This document shows, in pieces, positions 35,941 to 51,061 of a DNA stretch of 64,000 nt (position 1 is the stretch's first letter; each line of letters starts with the position of its first letter). This stretch comes from Dendrobates tinctorius (taxonomy: Eukaryota), in the NCBI RefSeq assembly GCF_039654945.1, contig NW_027361785.1, positions 14,260,001 to 14,324,000 of the forward strand, written 5' to 3'. The notes under the pieces were generated by a model. The model had not been told where the DNA came from and made no database searches. It saw nothing but the letters and a program-made list of their open reading frames with translations. The position numbers were made by a program, and so were the translations under genes.

Positions 35941-37537
35941 CAGTGCCTTGCGAAAGTATTCGGCCCCCTGGAACTTTTCAGCCTTTTCCCACATATCATG
36001 CTTCAAACATAAAGATACCAAATGTAAATTTTTGGTGAAGAATCAACAACAAGTGGAACACAATTGTGAAGTTGAACGAAATTTATTGGTTATTTTAAAT
36101 GCAATATTATTCGGCCCCTTTAACTTAAAACTTTGATGCGCCACCTTTTGTTGCGATTACAGCTGCAAGTCGCTTGGGGTATGTCTCTATCAGTTTTTGT
36201 CCATCGAGACACTGAAATTCTTGCCCATTCTTCCTTGGCAAACAGCTCGAGCTCAGTGAGGTTGGATGGAGACCTTTTGTGAACAGCAGTTTTCAGCTCT
36301 TTCCACAGATTCTCGATTGGATTCAGGTCTGGACTTTGACTTGGCCATTCTAACACCTGGATACATTTATTTGTGAACCATTCCATGGTAGATTTGGCTT
36401 TATGTTTGGGATCATTGTCTTGTTGGAAGGCAAATCTCCGTCCCAGTCTCAGGTCTTTTGCAGACTCCAACAGGTTTTCTTCAAGAATGGTCCTGTATTT
36501 GGCTCCATCCATCTTCCCATCAATTTTAACCATCTTCCATGTCCCTGCTGAAGAAAAGTAGGCCCAGCCATGATGCTGCCACCATCGCCACCATGTTTGA
36601 CAGTGGGGATGGTGTGTTCAGGGTGATGAGCTGTGTTGTCTTTACGCCAAACATATCGTTTGGCTTTGTTGCCAAAAAGTTCTATTTGGTTTCATCTGAC
36701 CAGAGGACCTTCTTCCACATGTTTGGTGTGTCTCCCAGGTGGCTTGTTGCAAACTTTAAAAGACACTTTTTATGGATATCTTTGAGAAATGGCTTTCTTC
36801 TTGTCACTCTTCCATAAAGGCCAGATTTGTGCAGTGTACGACTGATTGTTGTCCTATGGACAGACTGTCCCACCTCAGCTGTAGATCTCTGCAGTTCATC
36901 CAGAGTGATCATGGGCCTCTTGGCTGCATCTCTGATCAGTCTTCTCCTTGTTTGAGATGAAAGTTTAAAGGGATGGCCGGGTCTTGGTAGATTTACAGTG
37001 GTATGATACTCCTTCCATTTCAATATGATCGCTTGCACTGTGCTCCTTGGGATGTTTAAAGTTTTGAAAATCATTTTGTATCCAAAATCCGACTTTAAAC
37101 TTCTCCACAACAGTATCACAGACCTGCCTGTTGTGTTCCTTGGTCTTCATGATGCTCTCTGTGCTTCAAACAGAACCCTGAGACTATCACAGAGCAGGTG
37201 CATTTATACGGAGACTTGATTACACACAGGTGGATTATATTTATCATCATTAGTCATTTAGGACAACATTGGATCATTCATAGATCCACAACGAACTTCT
37301 GGAGTGAGTTTGCTGCACTGAAAGTAAAGGGGCTGAATAATATTGCACGCCCCACATTTCAGTTTTTGAATTTCCACAAAAATTTAAAATAACCAATAAA
37401 TTTCGTTTCACTTCACAATTGTGTCCCACTTGTTGATTCTTCACCAAAAATTTACATTTGGTATCTTTATGTTTGAAGCATGATATGCGGGAAAAGGTTG
37501 AAAGTTCCAGGGGGCCGAATACTTTCACAAGGCACTG
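35941..37537 (-). mobile_element. Full-length Passport-like Tc1, decayed transposase
   Basis: TA-flanked long IRs CAGTGCCTTG; same family as 13857-15275; several frameshifts. Confidence 0.93.
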
Positions 37538-37975
37538 TATTGTCTGATACCAAAGAACTATATTGAATCACTGACTGGACCTGCCTAATATTAATGGAGG
37601 TGCTTTTGCCAGGCATGAAACCAGTTTGGTCAGGGTGTATGAGATCCAATATAACTGAGTTCAGTCTAGTGGCCAGAACCTTAGTGAAAATTTTATAATC
37701 TACTTTTACCAGAGATATGGGGCGGTACGACCCACATTCAAGGGGGTCCTTCCCTGTTTTAAGTACAATAATATTGGTTTCATAAAAGGAACCCGGCATA
37801 CACCCCTCCCTCAAGATCCCCTGAAACACCTCCAGGAGAAGTGGCGCCAATACATCCCTATACTTTCTGTATAGTTCAATAGGGAACCCATCCGGTCCCG
37901 GAGCCTTCCCAGAGGCCATATCCATCATAGCACTTTCCATTTCTTCTATAGTGAAGTCAGCGTCCAAAAGGGCAT

Positions 37976-38761
37976 TGTAATACTATTGTAGGAACTCGAG
38001 GATTCTGGTAGCGTGGGGCAATGAACAGACAGAAACGGGTTGCTTTAGTGCAAATAGTGTATTTTTACAACAACAGGGATACCCAAAAACAATATACTGA
38101 TAACCTGTAATGAGGCAAGTCCTAAAGCGATATAGCGATTCGGTATAGTTCCCAAGACATAGTCCATAGTCCTCACCAAAAGGTGATCCAAAGGTGAGTG
38201 TGACACTCAGGTGACGTGGCGCAGTTCACACTGTAGCGATGCAGAAAGAGTCCAATCCAGGTATGTAGCAAGCACAGGGAAGTCCAGAACAAGTCTATAG
38301 GTAAATCCCAGACACAGCAAAAGCACAGGAAAGTCCAAACGCTGATTCACAAGTTGATCCCAGAAGTGGTGTGAACACAGTTGAGCCCAGAAACAGGTTC
38401 ACATTAAAGCATACGGTTGGTGATAGTTCTGACCGCTCTCACTGGGGAGAGTGGAGGGTTAAGAACAACACACAGTTCAGGAACACAGTTCTTACTCGAA
38501 GTGAACCAAAGGTTAAGTTCCAGAGTCAACAAATGCAGCTTTCCTACGCAGAGAACAGGGAATGTCCAGAGCCACAGTAGAAGCACACTAAGGAACCAGC
38601 AGCACAGCTGAATTAAGCAGAATACTCCAGCAAGGAAGGCAGCACCTGAGCCAGGTTTTATACAAATGAACAGGAAGTAGGGCACACAAAAACAGCAACC
38701 TCCATCTTGACAAAGGGCAAAACCATTCACAAGGTGATTTAGAAAACCCGGAATACTGACA
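37976..38761. mobile_element. Solo LTR in L1 ORF2
   Basis: TG...CA; TSD GGCAT; ORF2 rejoins as STQHALLDADF. Confidence 0.85.
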
Positions 38762-40378
38762 GGCATGCTGAGTAGAGTCTAACGTGGGGAATTTTACGTT
38801 TGATAAATAATCCAGACATTCTGAGATACCAAGACCACTCCTAGAAGTGTATAATGTATTATAATAGTCAGAAAAGCAATGAAGTATACCCTCAGTGGAG
38901 GTTACTATTGGAGAGTTATCCGGTTTCTGAATTTGAAGTATCGTGTTAGACGTGTTATGCTGGCGTACCAAAAAGGCCAAAAATTTACTTGCCTGGTTTC
39001 CCAATTCAAAGTAGGACTGACGGGTAAAAAATAATTTGCGTTTAGTTTTGGTATCCATGTACTGGGAATATAACCTATGGGAAGTCAACCATGCAACTCT
39101 ATGCTCGGTAGTCTGATTGGATATATAAGCGGTTTCTGAATTCCTCAGTAGTCGCTCCATTTCATCATCCTCCCCCGAGGTCACCCTTTTACTATAGGAG
39201 ATTGTAGATGATAGGCATCCTCTCAAGTATGCCTTAAGGGCATCCCAAAACAGGTTAACATCCCGGGGTTCAGGATGGATTAAGACAAAACTATTTGATC
39301 CACAGTTCTATCATTAGAATCCATTAGCCTTAGCCAGATTGGATTTAATTTCCAGAATATGGTGTGGTTTAGCTGGCCAAAGCTAAGTCTGAGTATAATC
39401 GGACTGTGATCTGAGATCCCCTTGTTACCATGTTCTATGCCACCCACCCACGTCGCTAAACTGCTGCAAACAAATATGTAATCTATACGAGATAAAGTGC
39501 GTAGTAGTCGAGTGACAAGTGTATTCCTGTGTCGTGGGGTGACGTATTCTCCACAGATCAAGCCAGCCACTACCCTCCATGAACAGTGCCAATTGAGATG
39601 AAAACGAAGATGGGGTCCCCCCGGAAATCCCACCATCCAATCTAATTCTGTCGAGGCCATTGTCCATAACCAGGTTAAAGTCTCCCATACATATAACGTG
39701 CATCTGGGTAATTTAGGGAAAAACTCAATGCCTTTTGAAGAATTGACACATTAGCTGGGGAGGATTATAAATACACAGTATCACATATCCTCTAGAATTT
39801 ACCAATGCGTGTAAAAATATGAAACGACCTTCAAGGTCCCTCCGAGCCTCTCTGACCTCCCATCTGACGTCTCTGTGAATCAGGAGTGAAACCCCCCTTG
39901 AATAGCTAGTATGGAACGCATGAGCGAACCATTGTACCTGTGGCTTTTGTATATACCGAGCAGAATCTCTGGTTAAGTGTGTCTCAACCAGGGCTACAAC
40001 ATGAGGATGGTATCGTTTACTTTGGGAAAATACCTTGACTCTTTTACTAGGGGACATTCCAGGTCATACATATATCAGAACCCATGTCACCCCATCTAGA
40101 TATAATATACTTTTCACATTGGCCGAATTTATAGGCATCATGTAGCGATTCTTGGCAGTTGCTTCTACATGCCTAACATCCAACAGATTTAATACATAAG
40201 AAGAAAAAACAGAGAAGAGTTCAAAAATAAAGGAGCAAAGTCCTGTGCTCCTATCGAGAGTTAAACAAGGGGATACTCTCACTGAAAACAGCGTCCGGTA
40301 TTGTTGTTGAGTTGGACACTAGTGGAGAAAGCTCCATTCTTATATCTAGTAGAAGAATCCCATGTGACCGCACACATA

Positions 40379-41290
40379 TCAGGACTTCTGTTCACGAGAT
40401 CCCATATAGAACCGTAGCCACTCAGATACCTCTGCCGGATCTGTAAAAAATATGGAAGAACCTTCATGGACAATTCGGAGTCGGGCTGGATAAATCATGT
40501 AGTATAGAACATTCTTTTCTCTAAGCCGTTTCTTGATCTCTGTGAATTGTGTCCTCTGCTTCTGGAGTTCCATAGAGAAATCATAGAATATCGAAATCGT
40601 GGCGTTGTTAAATTTTATAGGGCTTTTTTGCCACGCCTTACGTAATATAGCATCTCTGTCCTTGCAATTAAGGAGCCTTGCCAAAAAGGGTCTAAGTGGA
40701 CCGCCCGGAGGAAGTGGTTTCGTAGGGACCCTATGAGCCCTCTCTACAGAAAATGTAGAGGAGAATGCATCTCCTAGAATGTCCTTAAGCCAGCTTTCAA
40801 GGAATTGCTCAGGTTGCTGGCCTTCAGAGCGCTCAGGCAACCAAGTGATTCGAATATTGTTTCTGTGCTTTCTATTTTCTAGATCATCCGCCTTCTGTCT
40901 CCAGACATTTATAGAGCCAGAAATGTTTGTTAGTTGGGCCTCCATAGGTGTGAGATTATCCTGTAGGTGGGACACCCTTGATTCCACCTCAGTAATGCAC
41001 CCCCTCATGGCCTGCATGTCCTGCCGGATACACCCCACCTCCGAGTGTACATCTTCGATTTTCCCGGTCAGAGATGTTCTAGTCAGGGAAATGGCCTCCA
41101 TTAACTGTTTGGATGCCTGCCTTAGAGTTAGATCTTCATTCTCACCTCCCTCCTCATTATCAGAAACAAGGTTTTTACGCTGATTTCCAGCCTTAGGGTT
41201 ATTCTTGAGAGAGCGTGCATTATTAGATGGATCAATCCTTGCAAATTCTTTTAGCTTGTCTGCTACTCCTGACCCCTTTGAGCGATTCAT
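40379..41290 (-). CDS. L1 ORF1p (coiled coil + RRM + CTD), largely open
   Basis: DLENRKHRNNIRITWLPE, VERAHRVP, ISIFYDFS, YPARLRI. Confidence 0.85.
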   Translation of the reverse strand: MNRSKGSGVADKLKEFARIDPSNNARSLKNNPKAGNQRKNLVSDNEEGGENEDLTLRQASKQLMEAISLTRTSLTGKIEDVHSEVGCIRQDMQAMRGCITEVESRVSHLQDNLTPMEAQLTNISGSINVWRQKADDLENRKHRNNIRITWLPERSEGQQPEQFLESWLKDILGDAFSSTFSVERAHRVPTKPLPPGGPLRPFLARLLNCKDRDAILRKAWQKSPIKFNNATISIFYDFSMELQKQRTQFTEIKKRLREKNVLYYMIYPARLRIVHEGSSIFFTDPAEVSEWLRFYMGSREQKS

Positions 41291-41377
41291 GGTTAACAAT
41301 AATGAATTGTGGCAAGTTCAATGACCACATAATAAGAAAGTCCCCTCTGCCAGGAGCAGAAGCACTGTTGCAAAAGA

Positions 41378-41378
<1 letters not shown>

Positions 41379-41414
<36 letters not shown>
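41379..41414. repeat. (TA)n microsatellite
   Basis: Direct reading. Confidence 0.95.
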
Positions 41415-41419
<5 letters not shown>

Positions 41420-42507
41420 ACTTGCTCAACATCATAGTGTTAAGGAGTACAGGTGGCTACAAATATTTTAATTAAGTGAAATGTTGAGTGCTGCAGCAGG
41501 TTAAAGGTTTCATATAAGTCCTGTGAATTAGACTGGGTTGTTGTGACACAGAGCCTGTAGGGGCAGCGGCAAGAGATCCTAGATTCCTAAGATGGTGGGG
41601 GGGCACATGCACCAAGGGCAGCTATAATGTCAGTGAGGGAGCGCGGGGCACATTTTTCAGAGCTCTCACCGCGTCTCCCCTTTCTATACCTCCAGTGAGT
41701 GGTCGTGCTGCTCCAGTGGCTCCCCCGAGACCGAGATCCTCAGCCCTGTGCCTCCTTCCTGTCGGAGCGCACAGCAAAAGATGGCCGCCGCCTTCCCCAG
41801 GCCCCGTGTTCCCACCGGTGTCCCTCCAGAGTCTGACCCGCCGGAGCCACAGCTCACGCTTCCCCTGGGACTGGACAACTCCTGGGGTCCAGGGGAGTAT
41901 ATAGGTAGATGCCAGTGAAAGTAGATAGGAGTCAGGATGCGAGGAGCTCCATCTCAGCGTGTCCGCCCGGCTCCACTACATCGACACACCCCTGGAAATC
42001 CCTCTATTCTTGATAACCAACCTTGCCAAAGCTGACAGCTGATGGTTGCAGCCCCCAGCTGTAAGTTTTGCCTGGCTGGTTTATCAAACATGCAGGAGAA
42101 CTCACAGCGGTTTTTTTTAAATATATTTATTTATAGTGCAGGCGCGAGCTGATTTATACTACGCATTAGCCGCCACATGCTCTCACTGTTATTAGCACGG
42201 CTGATGGGAGTAGTAGTCTCATCAGCCTACGCCAATGCCCGGAGGTAAAGTTTATACCTCCGACCACAGCTGCAAGCTCATTTGACAGCATGGGAACCAC
42301 GGCTCTCTGACCGGTGGTAATGATTTTGCCGCTGATCATAAGCAGTGTTTGCAACGACAGCGTGGCAAACACTGGATGTCTGGGCCTCTAGTCAAGTGAA
42401 TGGGGTCCGGGGTTCAGATCTGGGTATTGTTCTGGTACCCAAACTTTTTAAACTGCTCGGCAGAACACGCCACACCCGAACATCCAGGGGTCCACCCATT
42501 TCTATTT

Positions 42508-42764
42508 ACAAGCTGTGATATTTGAAAAAGGGGGTACTACTAGGTGCTAACCATGTAGGATGTCCAAACATTTGCATAGGCCCATTTTCCTTTTTGTTAT
42601 TTTTAAAATGTAAAAGATGAAAATATTTTTTTGTTGTTGCCTAAGGAACAACGTGTCATCTTTAACTTTAGGTTTTTTAGAGATTATTTCATCTTCAAAT
42701 TGCTTAACTGTTCACAATAATAGCAATTTTTGAAAAGGAGTGCCCAAACTTTTACATGCCACTG
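42508..42764 (+). mobile_element. Tc1 3' end remnant
   Basis: QAVIFEKGG..; ends CTTTTACATGCCACTG|TA. Confidence 0.6.
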
Positions 42765-43306
42765 TATATATGGTGAATGTGTATTTACTGAATGTGTAAG
42801 GATAATGTACATATAGTACAATATAATGTGCATTTGTGTGCGGAATGTACATATATGTGTATATACAGTATGTACAGTATGTAATATGCCATTATGCAGT
42901 CATCTACTACTGGCCCTCTAGTGGTGGCTGCAGGTGCTTATTGTGTAATCTTCACTATCTGTTGTCTATGCAGATTTTGCATCAGATAAATAGAGCTCTG
43001 AATACACGAGGCAAGATATTAATCAGGACAGAATTTTATATCTGCAATACTGCAGATTAAAAATAGTGTTTAACATTAGACATTCACTTTAAGGCTAAAA
43101 CTGTATGCATTCTTGAGCAGCTACCATACATTTGTTCCAAGATGAATCCTTTTAGATGTATAGGCTTTGATTCATCATTTGCATTTTTTTCAAGTCCCTT
43201 CCTTTTTTAGTCTTGTGATATTAGTTGATGATTTTGGTGCCAAATTCATCAAAATTCATGAATTAAGAGCAAAGTCTAAATTGGGCTTTCTTCCTGTCTT
43301 GCAACT

Positions 43307-43740
43307 GTGTCCAACATTTCTTTTGGAGCAACAGGACAGAAACTGAGAGCAAGGATGAGATCTCATCACTACACAATTATAGTCAAACAAAATCCTCAAC
43401 CATTGGCCAAACATTTCTGTGGTCCAGGACACAACAAAATGTACAGTATGAAAGTTGTCATATTAACATGCAACTTTAAATCACAAAAACATTGGAGAAG
43501 TCTGTGAACAAAAACATATTAAGTTTTCAATTCCCTCCACGCAGGAATAAATATGTCACAAGGATGAATTGCTACAGAATCTGAGGAATCTGCTCCAGAG
43601 ACAGTGAGGGCACCAGGCCGCTGATCTTACTTGGGTATTGGGACAATAAAATTTTCACACCACTTATCTAACCTAATGAAGGATTAATTCTCTGAGGTCA
43701 GTTTTTTTTTAAATGTTCGTTTATAATGTTCATACCTCTG
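43307..43740 (+). mobile_element. Penelope-like element remnant (GIY-YIG endonuclease C-terminal part and start of pLTR)
   Basis: GATGQKLRARMRSH..PLAKHF..GH..MKVVIL. Confidence 0.7.
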
Positions 43741-43747
43741 CTCTTTT

Positions 43748-44000
43748 TGTGAAGTTTCCACAATCAGTGAAGCCATGTCATCTGCTGGTGTAGGTCCACT
43801 GTGTTTTATCAAGACCAAAGTCAGCACAGCCGTCTACCAGGAAATTTTAGAGCACTTCATGCTTCCCTCTGCCGACAAGCTTTTTGGAGATGGGAATTTC
43901 ATTCTCCAGCAGGACTTGGCACCTGACCATACTACCAAAAATATCAATACCTGGTTTACAAACAACAGTATCACTGTGCTTGATTGGCCAGCAAACTCGG
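43748..44000 (+). mobile_element. Tc1 transposase internal fragment
   Basis: MSSAGVGPLCF..QQDLAP..LDWPANS; same family as 49390-50229. Confidence 0.85.
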
Positions 44001-44072
44001 CTGGCCTTAAAAAGTTCCCCTGTGTGTTTTTCCGAAGGTCCATAGCTTCCTATTCCTGTTGTAATGTCTGGT

Positions 44073-45048
44073 TGTAAGGTGCCCAGGGCAGTATCTGGGG
44101 GCGAGCTGCTGCTTCTCCACACCCTGGCACCCAACAAACAAAGTGTCCCATTAGTGTCATGCTGTGTACAAGGCATTGCACTCACTTGCAGGCCGGAGGC
44201 CACCACTGCATCCATGTCCTTAGGTTCAGGACCAGCCACACACACATCAGGGGACACCCATTTTGAGATAGAAGTTCAACTTTACTGGACATCTCAAGTA
44301 CATCAGTATTTAACACGCTTTATCGGGCACAGCAACTTCCAGTTCCATTTTCATCAACACATTTCAAGCTCTTTCTCATGTTCAGCTCCGACTATCCCTA
44401 TTCTTGATTCTCCTCTTAGCCCCCTGGATTTCACGTCCGGCACCACAGCTCTGCTGAGATTTATTACATTAACCTCACGCATTTTGCCATCTGGCTTCCT
44501 CTCTATGGAAGGGATTAAGGCGCACTCCTTCTTGCCTAGCTAATGCCATAGGTCCCAGATATTACAGAAATTACCACAGGAAATCTTGTACGACCTCATG
44601 CTTCTAGAACATTATGTACCCCACGTGCCTTTATCCCACTGCACCTTGAAATTGTACTTGTCACAAAACACACACTACATCTGACTCAGACTGATTAAAA
44701 CCAGGAAATGCTTGTCCCTTTTGTGTGACCTTTCACCCCATCCCATGATGGGCTTAATGAGGCCCACCATTGCCTATCTGCTCTAATGTTCCTATCTATT
44801 ACTAACCAAACACTAAACTATGTTCTATACTTTCCTTACCCCCTAGTTGAGTGTACCAGGTTACCTTAGGCATTACCACTACAGTACCCACACAGCAGCA
44901 TCAGTACCTTTAACAACCTATGCATTTTACATTGCATTTTATACTTTTCATGTCATACAATAAAACGCACTAAAATCCAAGTTAATATTCACACTACAAT
45001 TGTTGTCTTCAGGGGCAGGTATCTGACTGTCCCTGTCACAACCTTACA
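44073..45048. mobile_element. Solo LTR (976 bp)
   Basis: TGTAAGGT...ACCTTACA; 4-bp TSD TGGT. Confidence 0.85.
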
Positions 45049-46098
45049 TGGTCTCATATGTTAGGGAAAACGTAGCCTCTTTAGACATACAAGGCCTATA
45101 TATTCACATCCAATCCCGTTAGGCACACGTTTATTTAGTAAAAAGAATATCCGTTTCCAGCTTAATTAAATAAACGGCCATTTATTTATTAGTGCATAAT
45201 CAAGAATAAAATATAGTTCTTTAATAATGTGCGATCACATCATTTACATTAAAATCTACTACATTTGTAAGAAAAAAGTTATTTATAAAGTATTTTATTA
45301 ACAGTGTCACATTTAGAAAAAAACATTTTTGACAAATGTACAAAATCATGAAATGTCTAGAAAGACAGTGAGTGGTTTAACCATTAACACTAACACAATA
45401 AACAACAGTGAACAGTTAACGAAGGTCACATAAATACGAAAGCATGAGGCTCCAGTGTCAAGTGCAGCAAGTCATGAGCACTGCATTGGGAGACTGGCAA
45501 TGAGGACACAACCCTAAACCCTGCCACACTTTACTTACTCAGCCAACAGATCTCTCTCCTGATGCTGCTGTGCCTGCTTGGTTTAAATGTGCATGTGCAG
45601 AGAAGTGAGGTACAAGCTCATTTACCTTGATAAAGGCCAGGGTACCTAAGACATCATCTTGGGTATTTCCCTTCAAATTTCAAAGGTTTGGCAGTAGATA
45701 AGAGCAAATTGCCTTACGTGACTCCGGTCCTCGGTTCAGGTCAGAGCTCTCTAGCCCTGGACTGGAGCTCCAAGAATCCTTCGAAGAAGACTTGGCTTAT
45801 GAATAGCATGGCTGATGACACACACAGCACAGATGACGTCCCACCAAGCCAACAAATCAATGTAGAAAATTTACACAGCTCCTGTCCACAGCCAGAGAGT
45901 ACTGACTTGGATTGTGGACTGGGGTTGTGTGAAATGATCCACTCCTCTCTATTTGGCAGACTTTACTCTAATGTGAATTTTCAGCTTTAACCTATCATCG
46001 ATAGATCAATAGGTATTTTATGCGGATAATTGTTAAATACCTAAAAACTTTGCCATTTATATTATTCAGTTAGCAGTGGTCAATATATATTATATATA

Positions 46099-46750
46099 CA
46101 GATGCAATCAAAATTACTAAAACCTCATAGCAAATTAAGTTTAATAGCAAAAATTACAAAACATGTGCTGTTTGCAATATACCATTCAAACAAGAACAAT
46201 GTATGTAGCTCAACACACCTAATGTGGTTTCTCCAATCAAAATGTCATTTTTAATGACTACTTATTCAACCCCCTTCATAACTATCATCTTTAATACTTA
46301 GTAACGCACCCTTTGGCTGTTATGACCTGTTGCAAAAGTATAAATTAAAAGTGTCTGGGGCTGGCAGCAATCCTTTGGAATCTTAGTCCAGTCTTCATGG
46401 GCAATGGACTTCACTTCTCTAACCTTCATATTTCAACATTTTCTATGGGGATTACTGTGATGGCCACTCCAGAATTCTTCACAACTTTTTCTGTAACTGA
46501 TCCTTGGTGGACTTTGCGGTGTGATTGGGATCATTCTCCTGTTGGAATATCCAGTAATGACACCCAACTCCAGTCTCGTCACAGTAGGCATGATGTTTTC
46601 ACCTAGGTATTCCTGATACTTGATTGAATCCATCTTGCCCTCCAGATTTCTAGTGATAGAGGATGCAAAACAGCCCGAGTGTGTCACCACCATGCTTCAC
46701 TATAAAAAAAAGGTGTTTTCATCACCATATGCTTCATTCTTCCCCTCTAG
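46099..46750 (-). mobile_element. Old Tc1 remnant
   Basis: TA|CAGATGCAATCAAAATT end; GKMDSIKYQE-type fragment. Confidence 0.65.
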
Positions 46751-47009
46751 ACAAAGAAGTAGAGTTGCCAACTTGACTTTTTTTTTCTGGACGACTTATC
46801 AAAAAATCGGACACCAAAGATTTTTTACAGACTTGTTGGAAAAACATAATAAATCATTATGATTATAAGTGATACAGACCTGCAGCCCATAATTCTGATG
46901 TAAAGACATGAGCTGCCTTCACTGTAAAATGATGATAATTACAGTCAAAAGATGTATAAGTTTCAGCAGCTTCGAAAAAATCAGATTCATTCATTTTTTT
47001 CTGGACCGG

Positions 47010-48304
<1,295 letters not shown>

Positions 48305-49389
48305 TATGTACCAAAATAGAAATGAGGCGTGATACTGTTACTATTGCCCACAATGCCCATCATTACAAGCCTCATGCCTCACTGACTGCTTTAAAATCTT
48401 CCACACAGAGCCATAATTTTAAACTGTATTTACTCCTTTATGACCTATGACGTATAGGTACGTCATAGATAGCCTCCCCACTTTGGTGCAGGCTCCGGCG
48501 CTGACCTTTTATAGCATATTACAGCAGATCTGATCAAATGATATATGCCCCTAACAAACGCGGGTGGAATCGCGATCCACCCATGGCAGTTAACATGTTA
48601 AATGCAGCTGTCAAACTCTGACAGTGGCATTTAACTTGTGCAAAACGTATGCGTGTTATTAGCTCCTGTCACATGATCACGGGGTACCGATGGGTTGACA
48701 TGGCAACCCAGGATCTGCAGGAGATCGCTATGGTTGTCAATGCCAAACTCTTGTGAGCACCACCCTGTGACCGGCATGCAATGCAGATGAGCATGCTATC
48801 TGTAGCACAAGTAATCAGAAGATTGCAGCTTCAATTCTCCTAAGGAGACTATTAAAACAAGTGAAAAGTTAAAAAAAAGTAAATATTAAAAATATTTTAA
48901 AAATTCAAAGTTTTGCCCCATTCAAAATCAAACCGTTAAAAAAAATTCACATATTTGGTATCTCCGGGTTCAGACATGCCTGATCTATCAAAATATAAAA
49001 AGAATTACTCCAAGTAGTAAACAGCGTAATGGGAAAAAAAAATTACATTTTTTGTTCACCGCAATATTCCAAAAAAAAAAAAAATGCAATAATGGGTGAT
49101 CAAAACATCGTATCTATCCCAAAATGGTTTTAATTAAAATGTCCGATCAGCGTGCAAAAAATTAGCCCTCACCCGGCCCTAGATCCCGAAGATTGGAGGC
49201 GCTATGAATCTTGGAAAATAGTGCCAATGTTTTTTTGGACAAACTTTGGATTTTTTTTTTTACCACTGGAATAAATAAGAACCTATACATGTTTGGTATC
49301 TACAAAGTCATTATGACCTGAAGAATCATAATGGCAGGCCAGTTTTATCATTTAGCGAGCATGGTTAAAAACAAAAAAAAAAACACAAT

Positions 49390-50229
49390 TCAAGCCGCTT
49401 GAGGTCTAGTGTGAAGTTTCCACAGTCAGTGATGGTTTGGGGAGCCATGTCATCTGCTAGTGTAGGTCCACTGTGTTTTATCAAGACCAAAGTCAGTGCA
49501 GCCGTCTACCAGGAAATTTTAGAGCACTTCATGCTTCCCTCTGCCGACAAGATTTTTGGAGATGGAAACTTCACTCTCCAGCAGGACTTGGCATCTGTTC
49601 ACACTGACAAAAGTACCAATACTTGGTGTACAAATAACAGTATCACTGTGCTTGATTGGCCAGCAAACTTACCTTAACCCCATAGAGAATCTATGGGGAA
49701 TTGTAAAGAGGAAGATGAGACACCAGACCCAACAATGCAGACGAGCTGAAGGCTGCTATCAAAGCAACCCGGGCTTCCATAACACATCAGCATTGATGCA
49801 GTAATTGATGCCAAAGGTATTGTATGTAGGTATGTAATTGATGCCGACTAAGTATTGAGTGCATTTACTGAACGTACATTTCAGTAGGCCAACATTTTGG
49901 ATTTTAAAATAATTTTTTCAAGCTGTTGTTATAAAGTATTCTAATTTACTGAGATAATGACTTTTGGGCTGTCATTAGCTGTGAGCCATAATCATCAACA
50001 TTAACAGAAATAAACATGACTGGGATGATTTAGCGAATACTGCTTTGAGCAGGGGGTTGGACCAGATGGCCCAGGAGGTCCCTTCCAACTCTACGATTCT
50101 ATGATTCTATGTGAAAAAGATCACTCTGTTTGTAATGACTCTATATAATATATGAGTTTCACTTTTTGTATTGAAGAACTGAAATAAATTAACCTTTTGA
50201 TGATATTCTAATTTTGTGAGATGTACTTG
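49390..50229 (+). mobile_element. Tc1 3' half
   Basis: SVKFPQSVMVWGAMS..QQDLA..LNPIENLW; ends ...GAGATGTACTTG|TA. Confidence 0.85.
50017..50111 (+). mobile_element. CR1 LINE 3' end
   Basis: gagcagggggttggac..ggtcccttccaac followed by (ATTCTATG)2 tail. Confidence 0.85.
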
Positions 50230-51061
50230 TAGATAAATTCCTTGAGAGCTCTAGTTTCGAAAATGGGGTCACTTGTTCATGGTTTCCAGTGTACATTAGG
50301 GGCTCTCTTAACGAAACATGGCGTCTGCTTTCGATTCCAGCTAATTTTGTATTCCAAAAGTCAAATGGTGCTCCTTACCCTCCAAGCTCTACCATGATCC
50401 TAGACAGTAGATTTCCACCACATATGGGGTTATTGGTGTACTCAGAAGAAATTGCACAACAAATTTTGGGGTCCATTTTCTTGCTGCCCTTGTGAAAATG
50501 CAAAATTTGGGGCTAAAGTAACTTTTTTTGGAAAAAAGTAAAAGTTTCATTTTTTCCTTCCACATTGCTTTAGTTCCTGTGTCGCACTGAAGAGCTAATA
50601 AACTTCTTGAATGTGGTGTTGAGCACTTTGAGGTGTGCAGTTTTTAGAATGTTATCTATTTCAGTATTTTATGTTATACAGGCCCTTCAAAGTCAGTTCA
50701 AATGTGAGGTGGTCCTAAAAAAATTGGTTTTGTAAATTTTGTTGGAAAAATGAGAAATTGCTGATCAAATTTTAACACTTCTAACTTCCTAAAAAAAAAA
50801 GAAATTATGTTTCAAATATTGTGCTGGTGTAAAGTAGGCATGTGGAAAATGTTATTTATTTACTATTTGTATGGCATAACTCTGTGATTTAAGGGCATAC
50901 AAATTAAATCTTTTAAAATTGATAAATTTTCAAAATTCTTGTCTTTTTACATCAATTAAGGAATTTGCTCTTTAGACCTTCTGGGGTCATCACAACACAG
51001 AACCAGACAGACACAATCAGAGGGCAATAAAACCTTCACACTGCTTATCTATGAACTGTTC

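Larger units (their letters stand above)
24881..40085 (-). pseudogene. L1 ORF2 (APE endonuclease + RT), disrupted
   Basis: MTWNV, LVETHL, SRGV, GDFN, SRIDY, SDHSP; KAPGPDG, YRPISL, LDAAKAFD, RGTRQRCPLSP, LYADDM, GRINLIKM. Confidence 0.9.
24881..41992 (-). mobile_element. L1-clade LINE, 3'-truncated, fragmented by insertions
   Basis: 5' UTR, ORF1 and ORF2 pieces rejoin after removing 25240-35447, 35941-37537 and 37976-38761. Confidence 0.9.
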
